Positions 52,227 to 63,697 of a DNA stretch of 64,000 bases are shown here, piece after piece (the first letter of the stretch is position 1; the number at the start of each line of letters is the position of its first letter). Position numbers and translations under genes: made by a program. Where the stretch lies: positions 96,722,001-96,786,000 of the forward strand of contig CM059432.1 in NCBI GenBank assembly GCA_030390025.1. Direction: 5' to 3'. Under the pieces are notes generated by a model, which saw only the letters and a list, made by a program, of their open reading frames with translations, had not been told where the DNA came from and ran no database searches. This DNA is from Squalus acanthias. Lineage: Eukaryota.

Positions 52227-53275
52227 GTTTAATTCTCTCTACAGATGTTTACTGAACTGCTGTGTTTTTACAACTTTTTCTGTTTTGGTTTCAGATTGCA
52301 GTATTTTCTGGTTTTTGCATGTTATTTGCATAGTTTAACTCAAGGTTGATATAGGTTGGAGAGTCTAAAATCTGGGTCTTTCAAAGCTGAAGTTGAATTC
52401 TGAATGGTACACAAGTCAGAATACTATATGTTCTTCCTGTGCTCATCAGCATAAATGAAAGTGTTCTATAAACCTTCAGGTAGAGAATTTAAAAATGACA
52501 GTTTGTTTTAATAAAAGCCACAATTTTTAAATTGGACCATTGCATGGTACAAAAAATGGTGGCACACATACAAAAACAAAAATTGTAAATGACAGATAGG
52601 TACAAATGTTGACAGAAAATTTCCTCTGTTCACTGTAGCAAAATTTTAAATGTGTTCTTTGTACATGAGTTGTCAGAGAGCAGATGTTGAGCATGGGCAT
52701 GTACGGCAGGAGGAAATGCCTGAGGTAAGGTGAGGTGAGGCCATGGACGGATTTAAAAGTGAGGTCAAGAAATTTAAAGTCAGTAGATGTGCAGCCTTGG
52801 CGTACTGATTGACCTTGAACTGAACTAGAGCCCATATATCCATTCCTACAAATGATGCTTTCTTCGGCCTCCATGTTATTGTCCACCTCTACTCCTACTC
52901 CTCCCCAAGTGCTGGCACATTCCTTGTCAACACTTCCAACACCTTGTGACTAACTTCTCCAATACTCTGCCAGCTAGCCTCCCTTCTTCAAGATTCACAC
53001 ATTATAACTAGTTGAAAACGGCACAGTGTGGGTCCTTATCCACACCAAGTCCAGCACTCCCATTACCTCTGTCATTGCCAAGCTTTCATTGCCTCAATGA
53101 GTTGACATCAAAATACATATTCCCAATTTAAATCCCTCCACGGCCAACCTTAATGATCTCAGTGTCAGTTTGTTTTAGCATCATATAAATGCAAGTCTTT
53201 TTATCTTTCCTTCTTACCCAAACAACCCTTTGCTCCTCTGAAACTGACATGTTCCTTCTCTCCTACTCCTTCCAC

Positions 53276-55665
53276 ACATAGAAACATAGAAACATAGAAG
53301 ATAGGAGCAGGAGTAGGCCATTCAGCCCCTCGAGCCTGCTCCGCCATTCGATGAGATCATGGCTGATCATCCAAACTCAGTACCCTGTACCTGCCTTCTC
53401 CCCATATCCCTTGATACCTTTAGCTTTAAGAAATATATCTAACTCATTCTTGAATATATTTAATGACTTGGCCTCAACTACCTTCTGTGGTAGAGAATTC
53501 CACATGTTCACCACTCTCTGGGTGAAGAAATTCTTCCTCATTTCTGTCCTAACTGGCTTACCCCTTATCCTTAGATTATGACCCCTGGTTCTGGACTCTC
53601 CAACCATCGGGAACATTCTTCCTGCATCTAGTTTGTCCAGACCTGTCAGAACTTTATATGTTTCGCTAAGATCCCCTCTCATTCTTCTATACTCCAGCGA
53701 GTATAAGCCCAATCAACCCAATCTCTCCTCATATGTCATTCCTGCCAACCCAGGTATCAGCCTTGTGAATCTTCGCTGAACTCCTTCCATGGCAAGAACA
53801 TCCTTCCTCAGATAAGGCGACCAAAACTGCACACAGTACTCAAGGTGTGGTCTCACCAAGGCTCTGTACAACTGCAGCAGGACATCCCTGTTCCTATACT
53901 CAAACCCTTTCGCTATGAAGGCCAACATACCATTTGCCTTCTTCACCGCCTGCTGCACCTGCATGCTTACCTTCAGCGACTGGTGCACAAGGACACCCAG
54001 GTCTCGTTGCTCTTCCCCTTCTCCCAATCTATTGCCATTCAGATAATAGTCTGCCTTTCTGTTTTTGACACCAAAGTGGATAACCTCGCATTTATCCACA
54101 TTATATTGCATCTGCCACGCTTCTGCCCACTCACCCAACCTGTCCAAATCATCCTGGAGTTTCTCGGAATCCTCCTCACAGCACACACTCCCACCCAGCT
54201 TTGTGTCATCTGCAAACTTGGAGATATTACATTTAGTTCCCTTATCTAGATCATTAATGTATATTGTGAATAGCTGGGGTCCTAGCACCGATCCCTGCGG
54301 TACCCCACTAGTCACTGCTTGCCACTCGGAAAAAGACCCATTAATTCCTACTCTCTGCTTTCTGTCCGCCAACCAGTTCTCTATCCAAGTCAATACCTTG
54401 CTCCCAATCCCATGTGCCTTAACTTTACACGCTAATCTCTTATGCGGGACCTTATCAAAAGCCTTTTGAAAATCCAAATACACCACATCTACTGGTTCTC
54501 CCTTATCTATTTTCCCAGTTACATCCTCAAAAAATTCCAGTAGATTAGTCAAGCACGGTTTACCTTTTGTAAATCCATGTTGACTTTGTCCGATCCTGTC
54601 ACTGTTTTTCAAGTGCTCAGCTATTACATCCTTTATAATGGACTCTAGCATTTTCCCCACTACCGATGTCAGGCTTACCGGTCTGTAATTCCTCACTTTC
54701 TCTCTACCACCCTTTTTGAATAGTGGGGTAACATTAGCTACCCTCCAATCCATGGGTACAGTTCCAGATTCCATCGAATGTTGGAAGATGATCAGCAATG
54801 CATCTACTATTTCCAGGGCCACTTCCTTAAGTACCCTAGGATGTAGATTATCAGGCCCTGGGGATTTATCGGCCTTCAATCCCGTCAATTTCCCTAACAC
54901 CATTTCCCTGCAAATACTGATTTCTTTCAGTTCCTCCCTTTCATCAGACCGTATGTTCTCCAACATCTCTGGGAGGTTACTTGTGTCCTCCTTTGTGAAG
55001 ACAGAACCAAAATATGCATTTAATTGGTCTCCCATTTCTTTGTTCCCCATTGTAACTTCCCCCGCTTCTGACTGCAAGGGACCTACACTTGATTTCACCA
55101 ATCTTTTTCTCTTCACATATCTATAAAAGCACTTACAGTCAGTTTTTATGTTCCCTGAAAGCTTACTTTCATATTCTATTTTCCCCTTCTTAATTAATCC
55201 CTTTGTCCTCCTTTGTTGAATCCTAAACTGCTCCCAATCCTCAGGGTTACTGCTTTTTCTGGCCAATTTATATGCCCTCTCCTTGGATCTTATGCTCTCC
55301 CTAATTTCCCTTGTTAGCCACGGTTGAGTCACCCTTTTTGTTTTATTCTTATGCCACACTGGGATGAACAAATTCTGTAGTTCATCCATGCAGTCTTTGA
55401 ATGTTTGCCATTGCCTATCCACCGTCAACCCTTTGAGTGACATTCCCCAATCAATCCTACCCAATTCGCGCCTCATACCATCGTAGTTTCCTTTATTTAA
55501 ATTCAGGACCCTAGTCTCTGATTCAACTACTTCACTCTCCATCCTAATGAAGAATTCTATCATATTATGATCACACTGACCCAAGGGGCCTCGTACAACA
55601 AGATTGCTAATTAATCCTTTCTCGTTACATAATACCCAGTCTAAGATGGCCTGATCTCTGGTTGG
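53276..55665 (-). mobile_element. Young 5'-truncated CR1, same subfamily as 34990-39775
   Basis: (CATAGAAA)n tail; TTCCAC on both flanks; strong similarity to 34990-37360. Confidence 0.95.
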
Positions 55666-55674
55666 TTCCACCAT
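53713..55674 (-). CDS. CR1 ORF2 segment (end of endonuclease + complete RT domain), 653 uninterrupted codons, 5'-truncated
   Basis: [38 protein letters not shown] and KFADDTKL in one frame; the remaining C-terminus follows after a stop at 53713-53715. Confidence 0.85.
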   Translation of the reverse strand: MVEPTRDQAILDWVLCNEKGLISNLVVRGPLGQCDHNMIEFFIRMESEVVESETRVLNLNKGNYDGMRRELGRIDWGMSLKGLTVDRQWQTFKDCMDELQNLFIPVWHKNKTKRVTQPWLTREIRESIRSKERAYKLARKSSNPEDWEQFRIQQRRTKGLIKKGKIEYESKLSGNIKTDCKCFYRYVKRKRLVKSSVGPLQSEAGEVTMGNKEMGDQLNAYFGSVFTKEDTSNLPEMLENIRSDEREELKEISICREMVLGKLTGLKADKSPGPDNLHPRVLKEVALEIVDALLIIFQHSMESGTVPMDWRVANVTPLFKKGGREKVRNYRPVSLTSVVGKMLESIIKDVIAEHLKNSDRIGQSQHGFTKGKPCLTNLLEFFEDVTGKIDKGEPVDVVYLDFQKAFDKVPHKRLACKVKAHGIGSKVLTWIENWLADRKQRVGINGSFSEWQAVTSGVPQGSVLGPQLFTIYINDLDKGTKCNISKFADDTKLGGSVCCEEDSEKLQDDLDRLGEWAEAWQMQYNVDKCEVIHFGVKNRKADYYLNGNRLGEGEEQRDLGVLVHQSLKVSMQVQQAVKKANGMLAFIAKGFEYRNRDVLLQLYRALVRPHLEYCVQFWSPYLRKDVLAMEGVQRRFTRLIPGLAGMTYEERLG

Positions 55675-57659
55675 TGGTGGTCATTCATTCAGCCACTATG
55701 TTCCTGTCCTCTGAAACTCTCTGCCCAGTAGTTCTATAGGACACATAGGCAGATCATCCACTGTCCACCTATGTGTCCTGGTGCTGAGCGGCCTAACCAG
55801 CAATCCTTTAAGGGACTGCTGCTGGCAGCTCCAAAGCAGCCCCAGAATTTGTACCAAGTATGTTTTTGTGGAGCCAGGAAGAGCAGGAGTGCATAAAAAT
55901 ACCTCCACTTCGCCTCCCCTCAGGACCTACCTGCAGGTCAGCAACAGCAACTGAGCCGCCTGATAATGCGCTGGCCCAAAGCTGGCGAGCAGCAGCCAGA
56001 TGTCCGTTCGGGGCATGCAGCTTGCTAGTGGGATGGAAATGAGGCCTATGCCTCGAAATGGCTCAGGCTTCCAGCCGGCAGGAACGGGCAACTGGCTGGC
56101 GCGCTCCACCAGTCGGCCACCTGAAAGTTAAGATCTATCCTCCGAAGTCCTCTGTGAGCATGAAACCAGAAATATTTCTTTAAATAAACCTCTCTGAGAA
56201 TCTGCTTGCACTTGCTATCTTCCTTTGTACAAGTGTAAAGTGTCACATATTTGGACTGCATAATAACATTTACATTTCTGTCAAATGGTTTTACAGATTA
56301 AAACCTCATCAGACAAAATATTTGGCTTGGCACAGTAATACAAACACTGAAGTTTAAACTTAAAAAGTGAAGAGTAATACCACTGGTACAAACTGATTCT
56401 ATGTTAACCTTGAATCGGATTCTTTTTGCCTCCAAACATTTCTATTTACTTTTGGATCTATGATAATTTTCCACTGTACTCATACTAAACATGGGCTGGA
56501 ACAAACAAATACATTTATTCTCCTGTGAAGCACCTTGAGACTTTTTACTACATTATAAGCACTATATAAATGCAAGTTGCTGTTGTTTTGTGTGGTTGTT
56601 AATTAACACATATTAAAAGTGATAACTAGTTCTAAGTGAGGGACAGTGGTGAAAAATATTGTTTTAGCTTCTTGGTAATTTATCCACACTCTATTTGGAC
56701 TAGGAGTACCTGCAACATTTTGCTTGGTGTTGTTAAAATACCGATCCCATTGAAATATTAAAGATTGTGTGTAGAACAAATGGCAAGAAAGAGAACTTGT
56801 CAACATCCGCTCAGGGTGATACCTCCCCCATTCAATGCAAAGAAAAAGGGTCAGCCTGATGTATCCAAAATTAGAGCTGAACCACAAGGAAGCCTAAAAT
56901 CCACTTATACAAAGGCACGTTACTTTCAGAAACCAACTATGAAGCCAACAATTAACTTCAGCTGCATGTCAAAAAGCACAAGTGCTAAATATCACACATG
57001 GGTGCTTCATCCTAAAACAGCACTAGTGTTGAAGTCAGCAGCCTTTAGCACTGTTGTCTGTTTAACTATAGAAGAGATGCTAATGAGAGCTGACAGGATA
57101 TGCTTCAACCACCCCATAATAAGCAAAGTACTTTAAAAGGACTAGAGAAACTAAAGCTTATTATAGCCTAAATTCATGCTCCAAGCATGGCAGCAGTCTT
57201 GCACAGATTAAAATAAAAACTGGAAGTATGCCACAGCTGATGTGAAATATGTAATCACATTGACATGACTGACACATGATATGCCCAGAACAGATTGAAC
57301 TTAAAAAGTTTTAACATGGTCTGAATCCTTTGAGGGTATTGGGTTCTGCTGTTTGATTTGATACTTATTAATGTTCAACTTCCCTGAAAGTAAGGTAAGT
57401 TTGTTTTTTAAGAAAGTATCTTTTTGGTGGCGATCCCTTTAAGGACTGCTGGTTAAGCCACATGTAGACCAAGTAATCGTGAGCGAAGCAGACCTGGCAG
57501 CTGGAGATAAATCGTTCAAAGCAGACGGATTTTCAGAATGGGATTTAAAACAGGCGTTGGGCCCTCATCAACATATGCAAGGGGCCTAATGCCTATTTTA
57601 GGGGGCCACCAGCGACGCCTGAAAAATCGCCTGAGCCAATATGAGGTCCGATTTTTTAA

Positions 57660-58369
57660 ATATTCGTTCATGGGATGTGGGCGTCGCTGGCAAGGCCGGC
57701 ATTTATTGCCCATCCCTAATTGCCCTTAAGAAGGTGGTGGTGAGCCGCCTTCTTGAGCCGCAGAGGGCAGTTACGAATTAACCACATTGCTGTGGGTCTG
57801 GAGTCACATATAGGCCAGATGGCTGAAGGGTATGATTCTGTGAGTATGACTATGTCAGGCTGTTGCTTGACTAGTCTGTGGGACAGCTCTCCCAATTTTG
57901 GCACAAGTCCCCAGGTGTTAGTGAGGAGGACTTTGCAGGGTCGACTGGGCTGGGTGTGCCTTTGTCGTGTCTGATGCTGGTGCTGAGGTCGATGTCGGGT
58001 GGTCCGTCCAGTTTTATTCTTATTATTGTTTTTTGTAGCAGTTTTGTTACAACTGAATGGCTTGCTTGGCCATTTCAGATGGCAGTTAAGAGTCAACCAC
58101 ATTGCTGTGGGTCTGGAGATAGGCTAGACCAGGTAAGGACAGCAGATTTCCTTCTCTAAAGGACATTAGTGAACCAGATGTTTTTTTTACGACAATCCGG
58201 TAGTTTCATGGTTACCATTACGGATACTAGCTTTTTATTCCAGATTTATTTAATTAACTGAATTTAAATTCCATAGCGGCCGTGGTGGGATTTGAACTCA
58301 CGTCTCCGGATTATTAGTCCAGGCCTCTGGATTACTAGTCCAGTAACATAACCGTATGCTACCGTTCCC
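57660..58369 (-). mobile_element. tRNA-headed SINE/LINE composite with an endonuclease N-terminal fragment
   Basis: Pol III-type head (B box GAGTTCAAATCCC on minus, about 58287-58299); VLLTNTWGLVPKLGELSHRLVKQQPDIVILTESY (APE motifs I-II); LINE-type 3' tail at 57660-57755. Confidence 0.72.
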
Positions 58370-58601
58370 AATATCTTTCAGGCGTTCTTGGAATGTGGCA
58401 TGTAGCTCCGGAAAATTGGTCATTTTTGCACCCATTGGCCTAGTTTCTCCCCCGTTACCTTCTGAAATGCTTCTTTCCATTACTTCACTGAGATGACCTG
58501 TTACCTCATCCAACAATCAATCCACTGATGCTTCCTATCCGTTTTTTTTTCCTTTTCCTTTTTATAATCCTATTAATATGCTTATTCAACTTTTATTTTG
58601 C

Positions 58602-58636
58602 AGTTCTGAAGAAGGATACAAACCTGAAATGCTGTC
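58602..58636 (+). ncRNA. Degenerate hammerhead motif in a Penelope 3'-end remnant
   Basis: AGTT-CTGAAGA-AGGATACAAACCT-GAAA followed by TCTCTCCACAGATACTG, the Penelope tail also seen near 12540. Confidence 0.4.
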
Positions 58637-59097
58637 TCTTCTCTCCACAGATACTGATTGACCTGCTGTGTTTCTGTTTTTTTCCGTTTTTGTTTCAGAT
58701 TTTTAGCATTTTGTTTTTTGTTTTAATTTCATGAAATACGCGGGTTGTGTTCAGCGAATAACAAGTTAGAGAGATTCTTTGCCCGTGCAAATTGCACAGG
58801 GCTCATTAGAAGGAATGACCTTGACTTCCTAAATGGCCTTTTCTCATTCTGTAATTTCCAAAGTTCTTAACTAGCTCTGGTTATAACTTACTTGTATATG
58901 TAACTGATCAGATTACTTTCAAAGTTATAATCATCGATTAAGTGAAGTTTGTGGGGGTGATATCGGTCTGGGGTGGTAGGGCAAAATGGCTGATGGCGAA
59001 TTGGCAGCCCGATTTTCTTTTGCATTGAAGTCTGTGAAGCACCTTGGGACATTTGTTCATATTATAAATGTAAGTTGTTGTTGTACATAGAAATATA

Positions 59098-59861
59098 GGC
59101 CCAGAAATTCGCCTCTCCGGCTTGCCGCGGGTGTAAGGATCGCGCGCGCTCTTACCTACCGCGCCTGCCGTTGTGTTTGTGGGCCCACGGGAACATCAGC
59201 TCCTGGGCCTCTCCCAAATGCCGGCGCGCAGTGCTTGCGTGTCCCAGGGGCGCAATTAGTGCGATGTGTCCCCTGGGATCACATGGGCCATGGAGAGCCA
59301 ATGGCAGCAGACCATCTTTCATTCATAGATTTGACAGGAGACCTGTCAAATCTGTGAATTGAAATCGGCCCCAAAAGAACAGCTAAACTTAAAATAAATT
59401 TAAAAAAAACCCCATCACATTTATAAAATAACTATAGTTAAATAAATTAACCACTTTAAAGAAAAATTTAAATTTTTGAAAAAATTAAAATACTTTTTAA
59501 AAGTGATAAAAATAAACTTACCTTTTTTTAAAGTATCTAAAAAAGATAAACCTGTTGAAATTTTTTTAAATTATACTTAATTAACCACTTACCTTGTTGA
59601 AAACGGGTCTTGCGCCTCCTTTTCAAAAGCGTAGTTTCTTCAATATTTACCCTCGCGTAGAAACCTGAAAAAAAATCTAAGTGTGCTGCGTGCGCGCAGC
59701 CTCTACCGTGCACGCGGTTCACCTAGGAACCGCCCCCTTCACCAGACCGGAAGTTCCGGTTTCCCGCGCATGCGCAGTGCATGCAGGAAACCGGCACTTC
59801 GGGACGTCTTACGGGTGAGTACACACTTGTACTCACCCGGGAAGGGCCGAATTTTTGGCCC
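59098..59861 (+). mobile_element. Family D MITE, divergent subfamily
   Basis: TIRs GGCCCAGAAATTCG / CGAATTTTTGGCCC, flanks ATA/AAA; core homologous to 4410-4970. Confidence 0.85.
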
Positions 59862-59922
59862 AAAGTCTGAGTATGTTAAGTGTTCGTCCATCAATTGTGC
59901 AAATTGGAATTTCTGTCTTATA

Positions 59923-60654
59923 GGCCCAAAAATTAGTGTCTCTACGCGAGAGTACGCACTGTGTACTCTCGCGTATTCTGTCTCCAATTGCCGGTTTTCT
60001 GCATGCACTGCGCATGCGCTGAAAACCGGCACTTGGTGATTTCAAAAGGGGGCGGTTCCTAGGTGAACCGCGTGCGTGCTACAGGCAGTGCACTTAGTGC
60101 TTTGAACGCGCAGGTAAGCATGGAAGATTTTGCACATAAAGAAAGGAGGCGTAAGACCCTCTTTTAACAAGGTAAATAGTTAATTAAGTATTATTTTGAA
60201 TTTTTTTCAACAGGTATATCTTTTTTAGAGACTTTAAAGAAAGGTAAGTTTATTTTTATAACTTTTTAAAAGATTTTAAATTTTTTCAAAAATTTAATTT
60301 TTTGTTTAAAGTGGTTAATTTATTTAACTATACTGATTTTATTAATGTGATGGTTTTTTTTTAAATTTAATTGAGGTTTAGCTGTTCTTTTGAGGGGGTA
60401 TAGATTCATAGCTTTCACAGCACTTGCTGTGAAAACTATGAATGAAAGATGGTGTGCTGCCATTGGCTCTAACTGAATCACGTGATCCCACAGCTCGCAC
60501 GAATTAACTGCGCCTGTGGGATACGGAAGCACTGCACAGCTGCTGTCTAGAAAATCAAGTTCGTGCGAGTTCGAAATGAAAAGGCAGGCGCGCAGTGAGA
60601 TATCGCGGGGAAGCCTTACCCCCGCACGAAGGCTCCGTCATTAATTTCTGGGCC
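59923..60654 (-). mobile_element. Family D MITE, inverted
   Basis: TIRs GGCCCAAAAATTA / TAATTTCTGGGCC, flanks ATA/ATT; reverse complement of 3545-5036 without the insert. Confidence 0.88.
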
Positions 60655-61676
60655 ATTATGTTCATGTTTTATACATGAGCAATGCCAGAACGGATCAACT
60701 AGTGGATTATATATAACTGTATGTGAGATGTAGGCCAATTATAATCCTAAGAATGTACTCACAATGTTTCCATAATTTACAAGTTTAAATAAATTCCATT
60801 GACTGCAATGAAAGTAAAAATTTGGAGGGAGATATAACAGGCTGCCAACTCGCCATATGAACCCATTTTATATTATCGCACAAAGTTAAAATTACCCCCT
60901 TGAGTTTTACTGAAAAATACTTAATATTTTGAGCTGTCCTGAGTAATGGTCTTAAGTCCAGTAAGAACACGATTTGGAGTTCATTGACTTTTGAGAAGCA
61001 AGACTTAACTTTTCGAGATTACCTAATTATCCGTGCTTAAAATTTCAAAAGGGAAATGGGAATGCTGCTCAATAGAAGATAAATGCCCAGACTGTAAATC
61101 AATAGCTTCAGGCTTTGATGAGTAAGTTGTGATAGAAATTTATTGTGCTTAGAATAAAAATCAATTAGTCTATTTATATGAAACTGGCCAGACATCAACT
61201 TATCTGCTACTGATGTACATTTCATCATCAAATGTACATCAAATTATATCAATGGCCTTGTGATTTTTTGAAATCCAGAAGCAGGAGGTGAATAATTTAC
61301 TAATGCTTCAACAAGCTGCATTGATTTATTTATATGCTTTTTGACAACAAATAAAAGTCTATCAGGTTCATTTAGTGTCAATGTATGTTAATGTTTATTT
61401 AAGGGAGATGGAAAAGATGCTGTTTGACTTTGTTATAGGCATAGATTTTTTACTGTGGACTATTGGAAACTTTGTCATAATCATAGAACACTTGTAGAAT
61501 CAATGGGGGCTAAATGTGATTGGCTGCACATATCAGCAGGGGGTCCAAAATCGTGAGAGGCTAGCACCAGTTAAAGCTAGCCTTCACTGCTTAAAGCCAG
61601 CCTGCATCTCTTAAAGGGCTGGAGCAAGTGGTGGAAGTCATTCTACAACTGATTCTGACCTGGGAAACACTCAATA

Positions 61677-63504
61677 ATGGCACAACATGGGAGAGAGCCG
61701 GCTCCAAGGTTTTCCACGCTGCACTGGAGGCCTTGGTGGAGGAGGTGGAAAGGAGGAGAGATGTGCTGTATCCACAGGGCCCCAGGAGGCTCTCCAGACA
61801 CATGCCAGGAGGGCAGTGGAAACAGATAGCTGTGTTGGTCAATGCTTGGAGTCAAGCCCTGAGGACCTGGATGCAGTGCTGCAAGTTCAATGACCTCACA
61901 CAAGTGGTCAAGGTCAGTGAATTCATCTTCAAATCCCATATCATACCAACTGCACCACTAGCCTCAGCCATTGCTCAATGCACCACAACCCCATCAGACA
62001 CATACCAACAATCTCTGTCAATCAGGACTCATATCTAACATTTGTAGCTTCACCTCACCCTCACACGTTTAGCACAGCTACAAGCCTCACACCCACATCT
62101 CACAGCTTAAACACACTGCTAGTTATAACCATATACAACCATAACAGCTATACAACCATAACAGCCACATCATCCAAACAGATTGCACCACACTCATTGA
62201 CACATGTCCCTCTCTCTTGCAGGACAAGGTGGTGCAGAACCAGAGGCAGCAAGAGCCAACCGGTGGGGAACAGGCATGCCTGCATAACCTTACCCCCATG
62301 GAGGAAATGGTGCTGGCCATTACTGGAACGGCCATTGCTGTGGCCATGGCCATCAGCATGGCTAAAACCATAGAAGATGACAGTATCCTCATACCTAATC
62401 CTCCTTCTCACATCCCACTTCTCCCTCATCCCACAATCTCTTCTGATTTACAAGCTGCAGATGGTGTAAACATGCACCTCTTGCTTTCCCCGCCTCCCCT
62501 CACCACAAAGTTACCCTTGTGCCTTTCTCCTTTTAGATACCCAAGAACTGCAACTTGGGCAGGCAGTGATGGAAGAGCAACAAAACAGTGATAATGAAGA
62601 AACACCGTCACTCGATTTCACACTCGCAGCCACCAGCTCAGATAATGACACTGCGCATAATTTAGAAGAGAGCATAGAGGCGGGGGCTGCACATGGTGAG
62701 ATACTGGCATTAGTGGTCTGCAGCCAGGGCAGAAGGCAAGGATAGTGCAGGTGCCAGCTCGCTGGAGGGCGAGGTCGAACATGAGTTCTGCTGTAGAGGA
62801 ATCAGATGAGGACTTCGATGGTGCAGGCTACAGATGAAGGCTGATGGGTATGCACAACAAAATGCTTGGTGCATTGGCAGGCCTGCCAGAAAGCCTGCGT
62901 ACAAAGTCAAGGAGCATGGAGATGTCCGGCACCAACTTGGCACAGGGCTTTGCGCAGAGCTTGGAGCCCATTCTTTCCAGCATGGAAGTGATGGCCAACT
63001 CCATCAACACACTTGGACGCAATCATGATGCAGTGTCTGATGGCCGATGTCTCAGCTTCCATTGCATCACAGACGGAAGCAATCCAATGACTGAGTGCTG
63101 CAGTGGAAGCTCAGACTGCTGATACCATGGCTCTGAATACCATTGTTCAAAGGGTCTTGCAGGGTGTCACAGCAGTCCAGCCATCTACCCTCCAACAGAT
63201 TACTAGGATTGCTGAGGCGCTGCCCCGGGCAAGTGACAGTGGCTCCATAAGGCACGAACCTTCTGTCCTCCCTCAGGATGACAGCATTTGTCCTCGCACC
63301 ACTGCCACTCTGCCAGTGCCTTTACTGTTGCCTGTCAGCCAGTCAGCACAGACTGCTACCTTCCAAGCTGAGGTGGTGCAGTCCGCAGCCGGGCCATCTG
63401 CAGTCTCCTCCACTGAATGCCAAAAGCGTTCCACCAGTCATGCTGCAGCCACTGCGGTAGCACTGCGGAGGAGCACTAGGACAGGCAAGGGCACATGGAA
63501 CTAA
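61677..63504 (+). pseudogene. Harbinger Myb/SANT-like gene, degenerate, 3 exons
   Basis: ALEALVEEVERRRDVLYP...WKQIAVLVN...RTWMQCCKFNDLTQVVK; exon 2 DKVVQNQRQQEPTGG; C-terminus VLPQDDSI...ALRRSTR similar to family A. Confidence 0.78.
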
Positions 63505-63697
63505 GGGAATGCATAAGGGTGATTCGTTTACATTTGTATGTAATATGGCATTATTTCATTTATACATTTGGTTTGAAATGTTTATTTTGTGGTGGCTATT
63601 ATTTTTGCATTGTGGCCAAGCGGACGATGTGATGGTCAGTGACAGAGGGAAGGTAAGGAGTGTGGGATTGTTGGTGAATGGGGAATTGAGGTTGCGT

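Noticed and set aside
53845..55126. Plus-strand ORFs of 134-136 aa (and similar ORFs antisense to other LINEs)
   Set aside because: Antisense shadows of CR1/L2 ORF2; no independent evidence of coding.
56765..57136. 123-aa ORF as a host gene
   Set aside because: Non-ATG start and no recognisable motif; a homology search would be needed to rescue it.
58270..58369. tRNA gene
   Set aside because: It has A/B-box-like motifs but no complete cloverleaf and runs into a repeat body, so it is a SINE-type head.
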